Assembly (NCBI GenBank): GCA_030704615.1
Contig: CM060732.1
Coordinates: 76,446,001 to 76,510,000, forward strand
DNA from: Takakia lepidozioides
Taxonomy: Eukaryota; Plantae; Bryophyta
Reading direction: 5' to 3'
DNA length: 64,000 nucleotides
Shown here: positions 1 to 12,744 of the stretch, in pieces
Numbering within the stretch: position 1 is the stretch's first letter
How the letters are laid out: every line of letters begins with the position of its first letter
The notes under the pieces: generated by a model
What the model was told of the DNA's origin: nothing
Databases searched by the model: none
Seen by the model: the letters and a program-made list of their open reading frames with translations, nothing else
Position numbers and translations under genes: made by a program

Positions 1-191
1 CAGTGGCACGGGGATAGAAGAACAGAGAGTATCTTTTCTCTTAATCGATGCTTGCAAGCCCCGCAGGCTTACAAGAAATTACCCATAGCATTTTGTGGCA
101 ACCATACGTTTATGCTTTGTGCACTACAGGCATTTCTTCAATTGTTACAGCAAAACCTTTTTGTGGGTCTAGAATGAAGAGAGTGAGAGGA

Positions 192-1792
192 ATGGAAGAA
201 ATCAGGGTGAAGAGCACCACAATCCTACAGAAACAAACGATTGCTACTCCACAGGCGGTACAGTTACTGAAGGAGCTGCGATTAGAAGGATTGCAAAGCA
301 AAGATTGGACATTGCACCATAGGCAGTACATGTTACAATTCTTGTAGAACTTTGAGCCTAGGACAGGAGCAACAACGGTGAAGGGAGTTGAATTAGAAAT
401 TACTCCCCTATACCTACAACAATTGTTTGAATTGCCATCAGGTCAGGTATTGCCACAACTACTATAGACAATGTCTATAGTAGGATAGCAGAGCTACAAG
501 AGGATGTAGACGGCATGCAGACTCAGGTGGAGGACCTGACATCAAATATTGACAAGAGAGTCTTTGTATCTGAGGAGCAGCTGATGGCTTCTTATTTACA
601 AGCCAGAACTTTTCAGTCTTCTTCGCAGGGGGTGCAGGAGCCAGTGCCACCAACACCACAACAAGTCACAGTGACAGTAGCTGACCCTGTTCTTACTATA
701 GCCATACCACAGCCACCACAGCCTGAGGTATGGGGGGATGCTGCTTTTAACCCACCTAAAACTCCTGCTGCATGGGAGTACAGTCGGGCTATGATTATGC
801 CCTTCAACCAAATTCCCATTGTATTGGATTTGGCTTGGAAGGAATTTAGTCCTCCACAGTCGTTGGCACATTACTACCAGATCATGCGCATTTGGCTGCC
901 AGTGGCAACTAGGACTAAGGTTCTTCCAAACAATCGACCCATTGAGGATCATCACTTTGCAAGGTACTGACATGAAGCAAGTACCATGTTGAAGGAATTA
1001 ATTGCCTTCCAAGTTGTACATGGATTCATTTATACGAAGACCAAGGAAGTAGCAAGTATTGTCATGGGCTGCGGGTTATACTATGCTGCTTGTTTTCTGG
1101 CACGTTATCACATTGAACAGCAGAAGATGCAATCGTGCTTTCTGAGTTATTCCAGTGGGGATCATTGGGTCTTACCTTCAGTGCCACCTCATATGTACCT
1201 ATATGAGGCAAAAGTTATGATGCAAAAGGATTCTCAAATTCGTTCATGGTTTCATGCGGCCTGGAAAAATTTGTCAACACATAAATTCGGGCCTGACGAT
1301 ATTTTCTTTAAGGGCCATGAGGCATGGAAAAACTTGCATAATTCACAAGTCATTGGTACCCCACTCACCTGGACAGACAAGGAGCTCAGGGTCTTCACCA
1401 ATTTTGCCATTCAGCGCTTACAGCAAGTTTTGCAGTTTAAACTTCCAGACATGGTGGGACAACATTGTATGCCCCAGATGATTCCACAAAAAGTTCGGCC
1501 GTTAAAACACCTGAGATGCGATGAGGATTATGATACTATTGGTTCTTCAGCGGACTTTTTTGACATGGCAGAGGACTATGCAATTCAGATGGCAGAGAAG
1601 AAACGACGGGGGTCTCCTATGCCTGAAAGATTACCTTGATATCAGCCAAAAGAGGGACTGACATATCCAGGTAGTGTTCAATCATCTCCCTCAACCAGTG
1701 ACAGGACACGGGCTCGCACACGGAGTCCTTCACGAGACTCTCAACGTCACAAGGGTGCTCGCTCACAAAGGTTTGCTAATCCCAAACAGTAA
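192..1792 (+). pseudogene. Decayed 3' extra ORF (~530 codons) of an LTR retrotransposon
   Basis: ORFs 48-347, 515-970 and 986-1639 join into one frame if TAG345, TGA968 and TGA1637 are read through and a 5-bp duplication (TCAGG-TCAGG, ~438-447) is removed. The frame ends at TAA 1790-1792, just before the PPT. The N-terminus (QFLxNF..TTVKGVELEITPLYLQQLFELP) resembles the plant-transposon-protein domain of retroelement extra ORFs. The start is approximate. Confidence 0.65.
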
Positions 1793-1813
1793 ACCGTGAG
1801 GACACGGCTTTTT

Positions 1814-1831
1814 GAGAGGATGAGGGGTAAA
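1814..1831 (+). promoter_or_regulatory. Polypurine tract of LTR element 1
   Basis: GAGAGGATGAGGGGTAAA lies directly before TGTTAG and is preceded by the short hairpin ACCGTGAGGACACGG. Confidence 0.7.
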
Positions 1832-2838
1832 TGTTAGAGGGCTGCTTGGGACTTAGACGCTTTTACGGGATCTGTGGGGTACCCTTAATTTTTTACACAG
1901 ACTAAGACCGACAGGAGCCTTCGGGGTGACAACAACAGGCTTTAAGGGAGGAGATACACAGCCCAACACAGTCCATCACAGCCCGACACAGCCGACACAG
2001 CCGGTCACAGTCAACACAGCCCGTCACAGTCCAACACAGCCAGTCACAGTCAACACAGCCCGTCACAGCTTCGCACAGTCACACAGCCAGTCACAGCTTA
2101 ACACAGCCGACACAGCCCGACATAGTCGCACAGCCAGTCACAGCTCGACACAGCCCGACACAGCCCGACACAGTCCATCACAGTCCAACACAGCCCGTCA
2201 CAACCCGACACAGCCGCCACAGCTTCGCACAGCCCTACACAGCCCGACACAGCTAGTCACAGCCCGCCATAGCCTGATACAGCCAGTCACAGCTCGGCAC
2301 AGCTCGCCATAGCCTGATACAGCCAGTCACAGCTCGGCACAGCTGGGGAACAGTTACCATTGGCAGGGAACGACTATGGGGGAACGACATCTGAAAAAAG
2401 AACGTGTACTACAGAGATAACGGTTAGTTAGGAAAGCGGTTAGAACGGCTAGTAAAGAGATAAAGCGGGAAGCGGGGACATCTCGGGGGATCACTTCTGG
2501 GGGAGAGGATCGCTTCTTGGAGGACTTCGGACATCACTGGGGGGAAATGAAGCGGAGAGCGCATCTTTGAGTAGAAAGAGGGAGAGCACGGAGTAGGAGG
2601 GGAACGATCTGTTGATGCTTGATGAATTCAAGCAGTAGAGTTGTAATGTAGAACAGATTAGAGACTTCATGGCTTCAGCCTGATACTTGATAGATATTAA
2701 TCTGATTCATACTTCATACTCACACTGTGTAGAGAGATCTGAGTGAAGCTATGGAATGAATGGATGAGTTGATGGAATCCGATAGATTGCTGAAGCAATC
2801 TGATACTTAAATACCAACAGTAAGGTAACTAGCTAACA
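1832..2838 (+). mobile_element. 3' LTR of LTR element 1 (rest of element lies upstream of the window)
   Basis: Starts TGTTAG right after the PPT. Ends at CCAACA (2819) or CTAACA (2838). No second copy in the window to fix the end. Confidence 0.6.
1956..2345. repeat. ~10-bp minisatellite (CACAGCCCGA/CACAGCCAGT variants) inside the LTR
   Basis: About 40 degenerate CACAG-based units. ORF 1926-2312 is just this repeat translated. Confidence 0.9.
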
Positions 2839-3827
2839 TGAATACGGGAAGGAATACAAATAGGAAACACCCCCATGTTACACTGGTTGTAGGTCATGAC
2901 TGATTGTTCTGAGCGGGCTGAGTGCTTAGAGATTTCCAACTCTTCTATCTTGGAGTTCCCACCTCGGATAATGAAGGGATGGGTGAGTAAGAGCCGCTCG
3001 ACAACTACAGCAGTTTGCTGTCTATTGCTAATGCCTGACTCCCAGTATGCAATCAACTCGTCCAACTGCTCTCCACTCAAATTAGTCTAAGTTCCTTGAG
3101 AAACATAAATCTTGTCTCATTGTGTGCACAGGCTAAGAGAAGAGACCTGCCCTTCAATTACGTCCTCATTGCCCCCAGCCATACAAGGAGGACATCCACA
3201 AACTTGTCTCTTATGTAGACCACAATAGGTTCTAGCTGAAACAGAGTTGTGGATCTTTCATAGCATCCACACACTCACACTCAAAAAAAATTCCATAGAT
3301 TTTTAGCAGAGTCTGAGTATGTAGATTTCCACAGGTCCTCGCGCAAATTTGAGGTCAAACAGCCTTTGTATGACAAAGTTATGGCCAAACAGGCTCTTTA
3401 AACATAATATATGTCATTCAAATGAAAAATCTATTTCCAATAATCCGTCTTGGTTCCCTGTTCCTTGGTTCCCTGCGAATTCTAAGTTCTCCACTATAAA
3501 CAACATTTTTGAGCTCCCAGCACGAAAATATCTTGGGCTACGATCCACTCCGTCCGGCCTCCCTTATAGAATGTGAAGATCTCACTCACATGAAGAATCC
3601 TGGAAGGAATGACAAAGGAGTCAGTTCATCCCGAACCTGTTTCGTTAAATCCGAGATGCGATCTTGCAAGCATGGTCGTTACAACTGTACCAGCCGTTTT
3701 GGTAACTATGGCCATTGCTGTTCGTTCTTTGGAGAAATCTTCAACTTCGAGAGTTGATGTGCAGGGATTGTCTGTCCTCAAATGTGCACCGGCGTCCTTC
3801 TCCCTCGTTCAGGAAGCCTAGCTACCA

Positions 3828-4225
3828 CAGACACGTCTTGTCATGCGTCAAGCATGGCTATGTACTGCAGGGCAGATGCAGCATTTTTGTGTGTAGGTTG
3901 CGATGGCAAGGTGCATGGCGTAAACAAGCTGGCGTGTGTGGATGTGCGAGGTGTGTGGGCTAGCTCAAGCCGTTGTCACTTGTAAGGACGATGTAGCTGC
4001 GCTTTGCATTTCAGGCGACACAGATATCCATTCAGCCAACTCACTTGCCCGTCGGCATGAGCATGTATCAGTCACTCCTTTCTTTGAGTGTCCGAATGTT
4101 GTAAAAGAGGCCCGCGTTAACAACTCCGTTGCTGCAGTGCCTGAAACTGAATGTAGCGACTTGTTGAAGGATGATGATCAAACTACCATGGCTGATGCTG
4201 CTTCATGGCTTCTCCCTCAACCTCT
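3828..4225 (+). pseudogene. COL: CONSTANS-like double B-box pseudogene fragment
   Basis: [24 protein letters not shown] joins [40 protein letters not shown] across a frameshifting deletion of the expected SRHER. Several zinc ligands are lost and no CCT domain follows. Confidence 0.85.
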
Positions 4226-6029
4226 TCTGCACTGGCAACTACACGGCAGGTGCCATCACCTCCATGGCTTTCTAGCATGCAGTCCCAGTGGTGGATGACA
4301 ATGTTATTTGTGTTCTCTGCAGGCTACGAGCCATATCTTCTAACAAAACATCAGCTATAGTCAAGCTTTATGGGCTCTAGCCACACAGTTCATGGATGCA
4401 AAGAGGCCTGGAGACCTTAACCAAGCCTTGATGGAACTAGGTGTCGTTGTCTGCACCCCTTCATCACCCTATTCTTGCTCTCCTTGTCCTATTGCAATCC
4501 ACAGCTAATCGAGGACAACACCATCGCCACTTGGCCACTTCATCCATGCTCGTTTTTTTTTATAAATTATTACAGACCCGTCCAAGATCGAATTCCTCAA
4601 GCATAATCACCAAGCCTCACTTGCTTGTTGATCTTATTTTACTACAAATATTCCCACCAGTTCTGCTGTAACTATTCCACATGAAAGCCAACGACGGCAC
4701 AATCTGCCTTCATGCCAGCCTGTCCCTGCTCGTTGAAGAAAACCAACGATAGCGAGCCAACTTCTCAACTCGGCCTTTACTGATTGCACACCATGATATA
4801 TGCCATGAACAACTTCACCAAATCGTTTGTCATCAGTACCGATATAACATTGGCACAACGACTTGTAGACATGAGCCCATCAACCAGTCCAACACCTTGG
4901 CTGCTCACTATGTGCAGGTCTGAAACCATCAGTCTGCTCAGGAATTACCTATAGCATGGTATTTTTATCTCTGCAGCTGAAGTCAAAGACCACGGTCCAC
5001 CTACTCGCGTAACCAGTTGCACCTCCGCTTCTAACCACCAAGATCTTCACAATGAAGGCTTGCATCCCGGCCTTGCGAGACAACAATAATGCTGATCATT
5101 TCACCATGCTCGGCTCTCAATCTGCCGCTCAGCCAGTGACCGTTATAAAGGGAGAATACCCATGCACTTTTGTGTTACCGCTTTCAACACACAGAAGCCT
5201 AACTTGCCATTGCACCCTCGTGTTTCTCTCTCATCTTCACACAAAACCCACAAGTGCTAAAAACTAATTAAGCTCACATCTTGCACTCACAGATGCAAAC
5301 TCATCTCTCTCGAGTGAAAAGATACACAAAACCAAACCAACATTTCACTCATAAAATAAGAATCAAGCCCACTGCCACCCCCAAGGCTTAGGGGAATCAA
5401 CAGTACACGCGCCATAGCCGACGCTTGAGGCTCAACTCGAGAGAGATGAGCCTCACCGCGCGTTCGCCGTGAAGATAAGCCACGCCCAGGGGCCAACAAA
5501 TATCTTGACCCCTGGCTTGGATCAAGCCCAAGTGTCATATATAAAAACTAGTTATTTATTGGCTAGTTTCACACTACTAGTAAACTTTACTTGACAAATA
5601 CCCTCGTGGGCATGGATAGCTGAAGGAGCAGGGATAGAGTGTGGGTGCAGATTCATCCAAGAGGGCCGGATTTTCAAGCTCCAGATTACCTATGATTCAC
5701 TGTGGAAGGATAGCTACAAGAAACCTGCATGGGTAGATGGTCAACTGGAAGCCGCAGCAGTAGCGGCACAATTGATAAAATCAGGCACTGCTAATGAAGG
5801 TAGTGGATTGCTGAAGTTCGAGAGATGCCAGTGTATGCATCTTCTACTCAGGCATTTGGAAGTCTACATAGACTTTGCAGCTTTGTGCATTTTTGTAGTA
5901 GCACCGGATTAGACTATAGAACAGATCTTTGAGCATTAAGTCACGTTGTATTTGAATCGATGTTCCAATTTCAAATGTGCTTTCATGTTTCAATGGTGCT
6001 TTCATGTGTCAATGCTGCTAGAGTTAGGC

Positions 6030-6563
6030 CCATGACTACAGTCATGTACACGACTACCTCCCATCCACAGAGCCTCCGCCACGTGTCACTTTCACCCCTC
6101 ATGTTCGCCCATACTCGTGCCACGTGCAGTATCTAGAGTGTGCCATGGAAGTCATATGTTCCAGTCATAACGACCCTCCCCATCATGCATAATTTGACTC
6201 CACGTGTCATGTCCAGTCTTCTCCACGTGTTGTCATGGGGTTAATCTGCGAAAGTCGTATATGCCAGTCGTAAAGACCCTGTCGCCTTCCCTTTGACGTG
6301 ACACGTGGCATATCCCTTCCGTTCTACGTGAAGCTGACATGGATTCGCAGTCATTTACTACTACGGTCTTATCAATGACTATGATTAGGCGTCCCCGTTG
6401 CCACGTCAACAGTGAGCTCCACGACTGGCAGATACGACTCTATGGCACTTACGACTCATTTTTCACAACTGACTGGGTTTTATCTGACTGGGTAGTCATG
6501 CAGTCATAAAAGGCTGATACGACTGGAAAATAACAAACGTAAAAGCCGGGATCTGTTGTAGTG
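6030..6563. mobile_element. One terminus of a CACTA (En/Spm) element with subterminal repeats
   Basis: ATCTGTTGTAGTG (6551-6563) is the reverse complement of CACTACAACAGAT. Many ACGACT/ATGACT/AGTCAT/AGTCGT motifs occur in both orientations over the preceding 500 bp. Confidence 0.7.
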
Positions 6564-6948
6564 GAAGTTTCTCAAGAGACTTCCCTTGGCAGGGGAAGCT
6601 TCTCAAGAGACTTCCTTTGGCTGGGGAAGCTTCTTAGGAGATTTCATAGTATCCAATATATATAGGAGGCGAGACTAGACACTCTTCAGTCTCGCCAACA
6701 CCAGTTCAAGCTACTCTTGTTCCCAGCTCCAGTACCCCAATCCAGTTTCCAGTACTCTAGTCCAGTTTCCAGTATTCCATGACTCAATCCCAATTCCAGT
6801 ATCTTGTACTATTGTCCTTATTATAAAGTTCATCTTAATTCCTGCTTACCCATCATGTATGCGGCCACGCCGACCTTGGCTTCTTGTCTAGTCTTGTACA
6901 TCTAGTCTGATCTCTTGTTTGTGTTAAGTCGTGTTCTCGTCCCTGACA
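6564..6948 (+). mobile_element. 3' half of an LTR from the same family as the 12098-19537 element
   Basis: Aligns by eye to 12304-12685 (GAAGTTTCTCAAGAGACTTCCCTTGGC...GTTCTCGTCCCTGACA). Truncated at the CACTA TIR. Confidence 0.9.
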
Positions 6949-9900
6949 TCGAGCGCGGGATTTGCCTGCAGCCATTCGTAGTGACGCTACTCTAGTCCTC
7001 AACCTTGACAATCTGGACGTGTGGGCACGTGCCTATGATCAGCGCACGAAGTTGTGCAAAAAATTAATGCCAATGGCTTTCGAGAACCTTGTCATTGTAT
7101 ATCACTAAGATACATTGAGGTATGTCACTGTACATGGTGGTGATTATCGTCTCAGGGTTCGGAGGTTTAACCCTGACGACTATAATATTTATCTGCAGCA
7201 AACTACTCTTATGACCTTGGATGTGACTGCAGAATGTATTATTTTGAGGATTCGAGAGGTATTGCCCTCATGAGTCTTGATCTTGGAGGGTCGGGATGAC
7301 ATGACTTGGAATGACCATGTGCGTAATTGTGTGTCATGTCACCTTCCAAATGTCGATGACAAATTGCCCTAAACTTGGCAGTGATACCAGGTTTGCGGTA
7401 CATGTGTGTGGGTATGCCGGAGGGGCAGCCACCTGCATGCTAGTTTGTGATCGATGCTCAAAATGTTAGCATATGGGATGTTTGACACCACCTCTTGATA
7501 TGGTTCCCGATGATGAATTGGTTGTGTCCATGTTGCATTTGATAATGGTAATAGATAGTAACAACCATAGAAGACTAACAAGAAACCAATACACAAAATC
7601 TTTGGCTCAAATCCACGAGTTTGTAAGATGACGACTAACGATAGAGCTACTCTTATACCCCGCCTCTTGATCTATCGAGCTTGAGTACATAAGAATGGTG
7701 GTAGAAGACCTAGTGGGGCTAAGGCTATTATCGCATCTTGTAGCTATCTGGAGTTAGAGGGACCTAACCACCAGCTGGGGGAATGATCCTGACAAACTTT
7801 TATGACTACGTCTATTTGTGTGTTATGTGGTTTGGACAACGATGTAGTTGTGTAGCAATTGTATATGCACAACAAAGAAGGAAAACAATGTGATGGACAT
7901 AACTTATCATATAATTTATTTTAAAATATTTGAAAAAAAAACACCCATGCATGTAGAATTTTGAGTTCTCTTTTTCTTTCTTTCACGGGTTTCAAACTTC
8001 AAAGAAAATGCATCTGGTGTTTAAAACAATTCATTTTTATTTAGAAACTCTTTCTCGTTTGACTTATGATCTACATGAGACACCTTATATGGAATAAACA
8101 TTTCGGCTTCTTCATTGATGCACTCTCATGTTTTTTTTCTTTGCAGCCTACTTTGTCATGGACAAACACTTCTAATCTTTTATTTTGAAATAAAATCATC
8201 TATTATAACATCGATAGAAGGTTCAAAGAACTAGATAACCTCCCCAAATATTAGCCTAAGAAAGACAACATCATTACTTCTTAGATCCCTTCTTTATATT
8301 GACTTTGCTAGAAGACAAAACTGTGACATAATTTGTAGGTTTTTCATTTTTTTAGGAAGTTTTATTGTTTACATCTATAGGGAGTGATTCATTTCCATTT
8401 TCCACAACAGGGACATCTTTATTTTTATTCTTTATGTTTGGTTCAGTGATGACCATATCTCTGCGAGGATTATTTTTAAGCAAAAATGCAGCCAAATATT
8501 CAGTTGGGTTGCTCGGCCTGTCAAAACAAGAATAGTTTTTACTTCTTCATATGAACTGTGTCCCTACCTCTCTATTTCACAATGTCATGAATTGTGTCCT
8601 CATAGTTGGAGTGCGTATACATGAAAACAGAGATATATACATATATATACATGTTTAGAAAAGAAGATTAAGATTTATCTACATAATCAAAAAATATTAT
8701 GTAGATTCTCCCATGTCATGAGTTATGGTTTTTTGAGAATTGTACATCATATACACTAGAAATAGAGGAATATAATATCACCAACAAGCAATTTGATCTG
8801 CTAGTCTATTTCAAATAAACCAAAATTATATATTTTGCATCCGGCCGTAAAGGAGCCTATATGCAATTACTCTTTAAAATGTATCGTAATCTTAAGTGAA
8901 ATGAAAAATTGTACCTTACAATCACAAGGTGTCGTAGACCTTGCAAAAGCAAAGGCACTATGCTTTTTTCCTGTGCATGTCAAACCCAAGTTTCAAAACT
9001 TCAGACTACAACCTTAATTGGAGATACAAATAAAATGACATATATGGGACTCCTAATAACGAAGTATTGTTGAACCACCAATTTATATGCTCTAGAGTAC
9101 CTCTTCATCTCTTTTTCTCCACCATATAATCCCATAGAAATGCAATCACACCAAATTCTGCACATATTATTTTAGACTGAGAACATAACATTGGTGTGAT
9201 CTTGGTGTGATTTTGGTTGGTCGGTTGATTTGATTTTGGTTTGATTTTTTGTGATCTTGGTTTGATTTAGAATAACCCTCTAGTTTGAATATTGTGAATG
9301 TAGAGGGCACAAGTCAACATTGGATGGTATTCTTTAAAAGCTAGCACTACATTGTATTGATAAAATTGGGTAATGGTACTCAAATCATGTGAGACGGACC
9401 TTACATTGTAATTCATGCGTCTTCCATGTTTTGTATGAGATATTTTACTGTAATATTGTTAGCTTGTGAAAGCTTCAATATATATATAAGAATTATACTA
9501 TGACATCATACTATTGCATTGGAAGAAAGTTCAGACATTTATAATATTTTCGAGACAATGATACATAATTTTATATCATGGAGTGTAAAACCAACGTTTT
9601 GTGTTATAATGAGATGCACCTCTCACAAAGCAAATACATACCAGAAAAATCTTAAGGGGCTCAGCTTTAAGCTCCACCTTATCCCTCAATTGTAAAGCCA
9701 ACATTTGGGCCATCTCCCCCTATAGCACATTCCCCCCTCTTGATTACATACTCACATGGAGGGGTTGATTCCACATAGAATCTTCCATTATTGAAATGAT
9801 TTCCACAATTGTTAGGTTAGGAACAACTTGTAATATTCCAGCCCTCATTCATAGGTGTAAGTTGTGAATTGCAATATTCAATTGGCGTATTGTCTTTTGT

Positions 9901-11391
9901 TTTGCTAAAAGCACATATAACTACAAAAACAAATCGTGACATTAGCCTAAATGTGTTACACTATGTATAGAGGAAATATCATCATCAACTCTAGGCCATA
10001 TATTATTGGGTGCAACAATCGAGAATCTTGCATCATATTTGGTAAGACCTTTCACAATTTATATTCACATTGTTTAAATGATAGACATCGTGATGCTGTC
10101 TACTTGAACACCGTGATCACCATTTGTACGAATTTCATTAAATTGAACATAAATTCTATGAAGTTGCGAAGATTGTTGAGTGTGTACCTCAATAGGGTCA
10201 TCAAACCATAACTCCTCAAATGTCGGACCCAGTTGAGTTGAGATAGGTGGTATCTCAATAGGCTCCACGGGAGGGGCATTGATTGTTGGCTCTATGGAAG
10301 ACATATTATTCCATTATCTTACGAGACATTAACACTGATGAAAAGACTTGGTGACAAGAAATTTTACACTGCATTAGGCCTAATTCATGTCATATGGTTC
10401 AAAAAATGCATACTATCTTTACGGAGCTGAGTCTCTTCATCTCTTCATCTCTCTGTATTCTTTGCAGTTCGAGCAAATTGCAAAAGTTGACAACATACAA
10501 AGCGAAAAAAATTCTATAATCTCAACATGGAACTATGTGTCTCGCTAGCTTGAAGAATTATAGATTTAATGCTAGTGGTGGAGGTCTTCTTGCTTCTTTG
10601 TCACATAAGCTCTTTGAGATGCTTGTAGTCATCATAAATGTATTATTAAAAACTGCAAAATAAAAACCTTTCTCTCACAAACATAAATATATATCTACAA
10701 GTTGAGATCCTTGCCTGGTTCTGCCGATTTGTTTGGGGGCTTCTCTTCCTCGACAATAATTTTCTTCTTAGGTGCCATGCATGAGAGACAAAAGAACACC
10801 CTAAAATAAATAATTCTTTTAAAACTTGAATTGTTGGTACTATCAGAAGGATAATATTGAATAATCATTGAGATTATTATCCATTTTTCTCCTAAATAAA
10901 GATCGTTTGGAAACAACATTCAGTTTAAAAAAAATTAAAAAATTATGTATAATTTCTTTTTTCTTCTTTGTCTCTTATCTTTATATGTAGTTTTGATTGT
11001 TGTGATTTTTTTTTTCCCATTATTCCAGTGATGATTGTTAGGTCGGAGCAAGTTTTAGTCCTTAACGACCATAGGGTCCATTAGTAGTGATCAAATTTTT
11101 CGTTGCCGAAACGACATTTTAACGGTTGAAACTTCCTCGTTTAACTACTTCTCGACAAAATATTTGAAAGATTGGAGACTTAAAAGACATTGTACAAAAA
11201 TATATGCATGAAGATTGTGAGAGGGCAAATATGAGTGGAATAGAAATCAGCACTGTAAGTCTGAATCCAATGCTTCTATTTGAGGGTAAATGCAAGTCTC
11301 ATGATATGAGGGACCAAAAATGACAGATGATGACGTCCACAAAAATCCATCCAACCTCTCAAATGGTGGGATCCACACTACCTACTATCTA

Positions 11392-11953
11392 TAGGGTGAC
11401 CAAAGCGGCATATATGTAATTGTCACTAGTGTTGTGTTTTGACCTAGATTTCATGACCTATTTGTCCACTTGTTGGGGCCATTTAAGATAACGAGAACAT
11501 TTATCTTTTTAGTAAAAGGTAGCACCCAAAAAAACAAAAGAGAAAGTGTTATGGGCTTTTGAGAAAATGTGCATTTTTTGCTCATAAACTAGTCAATAGG
11601 TTCCAAATGACAAATCAGCTGTAAATAGATAATTACAATATCCATCAAATTGGCCCCATGACTCAAAATTTTAGAGTAATTGCCGAAGTGCACATAACAT
11701 TTCTAAAGTCCATAAGTTTAAAATGGTTGAAAATACTGTCCACAGAATCCAATTTAAAAAGTCCATAGCTTGAAAATGCTTTCTCCATCTTACGATCCAA
11801 CGATTGGTATATGTAGACATTAGACTCTAGAGTTGGCAATTATAAACCATGTACATTTGGATACAATAGTGAGTTTTTAGAAAAAGATGGGTGGTACCAT
11901 GGACCACAATTACTGCAAAATTAGCATGGGGAAGTCTATTTTGGTCCACCCTA
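11392..11953. mobile_element. Putative MITE with TAGGGTG(G)ACCAAA terminal inverted repeats
   Basis: TAGGGTGACCAAA at 11392 and TTTGGTCCACCCTA ending at 11953. AT-rich, non-coding interior. No clean TSD. Confidence 0.45.
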
Positions 11954-12097
11954 CCCTGTATTCACCCTTGATATGAGTGTGTAGTGGTTCAACAACTTCT
12001 CAGCTTCCCTGATTATCAGCTAATGACGGTGGGATTATTAGCGACATGTTAATGGTAGCCGTAACTTGCTGAATCATTGAAAGTGTCATTTAGTACG

Positions 12098-12685
12098 TGT
12101 CACGGACATAGCCCTGAAGAACTCACCGCGAGTAATTACCAGAAGTTACCAAATTATCGGGAATTATCAAGTTACCAAAAGTTATGAAAAGTTATCTTAA
12201 TTATCATGATTGATCATAAATTACCATGAGTTACCAAGTTATCGAAAGTTACCAAATTGCAGAGAGTAACTCATGAAACTGCTCAGGAAGTTTCATGGTT
12301 GAGGAAATTTCTCAAGAGACTTCCCTTGGCTTCTCAGGAAACTTCCCTCGGTTGGGGAAGCTTCTTAGGAAACTTCCTAGTAGCCAGTATATATAGGAGA
12401 GAGACTGGACACTCTTCAGTCTTGCCAACACAAGTTCAAGCTACTTTTGTTCCCAATTCCAATACTCTAGTCCAAATTCCAGTATCTAGTACTCCAGTCC
12501 AGTTTCCAATATTCCAGTACTCAAGTCCAGTTCTAGAATCTTGTACTTTTGTCTTTGTTATAAAGTTCATCTTGATTCATGTTTATCCATCATGTATTCG
12601 GCCACGCTGACCTTGGCTTCTTATCTAGTCTTATACCTCAAATCTGATTTCTTGTTTGTGCTCAGTGATGTTCTCGTCCTTGACA
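12098..12685 (+). repeat. 5' LTR of element 2
   Basis: Direct repeat of 19005-19537. TATA at ~12388. Internal short repeats (AAGTTACC, GGAAACTTC, TCCAGT). Confidence 0.92.
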
Positions 12686-12744
12686 GTTTGTCGAGACTAA
12701 AGTTTGTTCCTTAATTAGTTAAGATTGAAGGCACATGTGCGGAA

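Noticed and set aside
1926-2312. 128-aa Thr/Gln/His/Ser-rich ORF
   Set aside because: Translation of the 10-bp LTR minisatellite.
2829-3080. 83-aa minus-strand ORF beside the LTR
   Set aside because: No motif or splice support.
5172-5537. Possible solo LTR (TG...CA)
   Set aside because: No TSD, no second copy, no PBS or PPT.
5572-5590. CACTACTAGTAAA as the partner TIR of the CACTA end at 6563
   Set aside because: Only CACTAC matches, the flanks TCA and GAA are not a TSD, and no subterminal repeats follow.
7800-11330. AT-rich region with short ORFs, possibly a decayed Mutator-like element
   Set aside because: No transposase motif or paired TIRs that I could verify.
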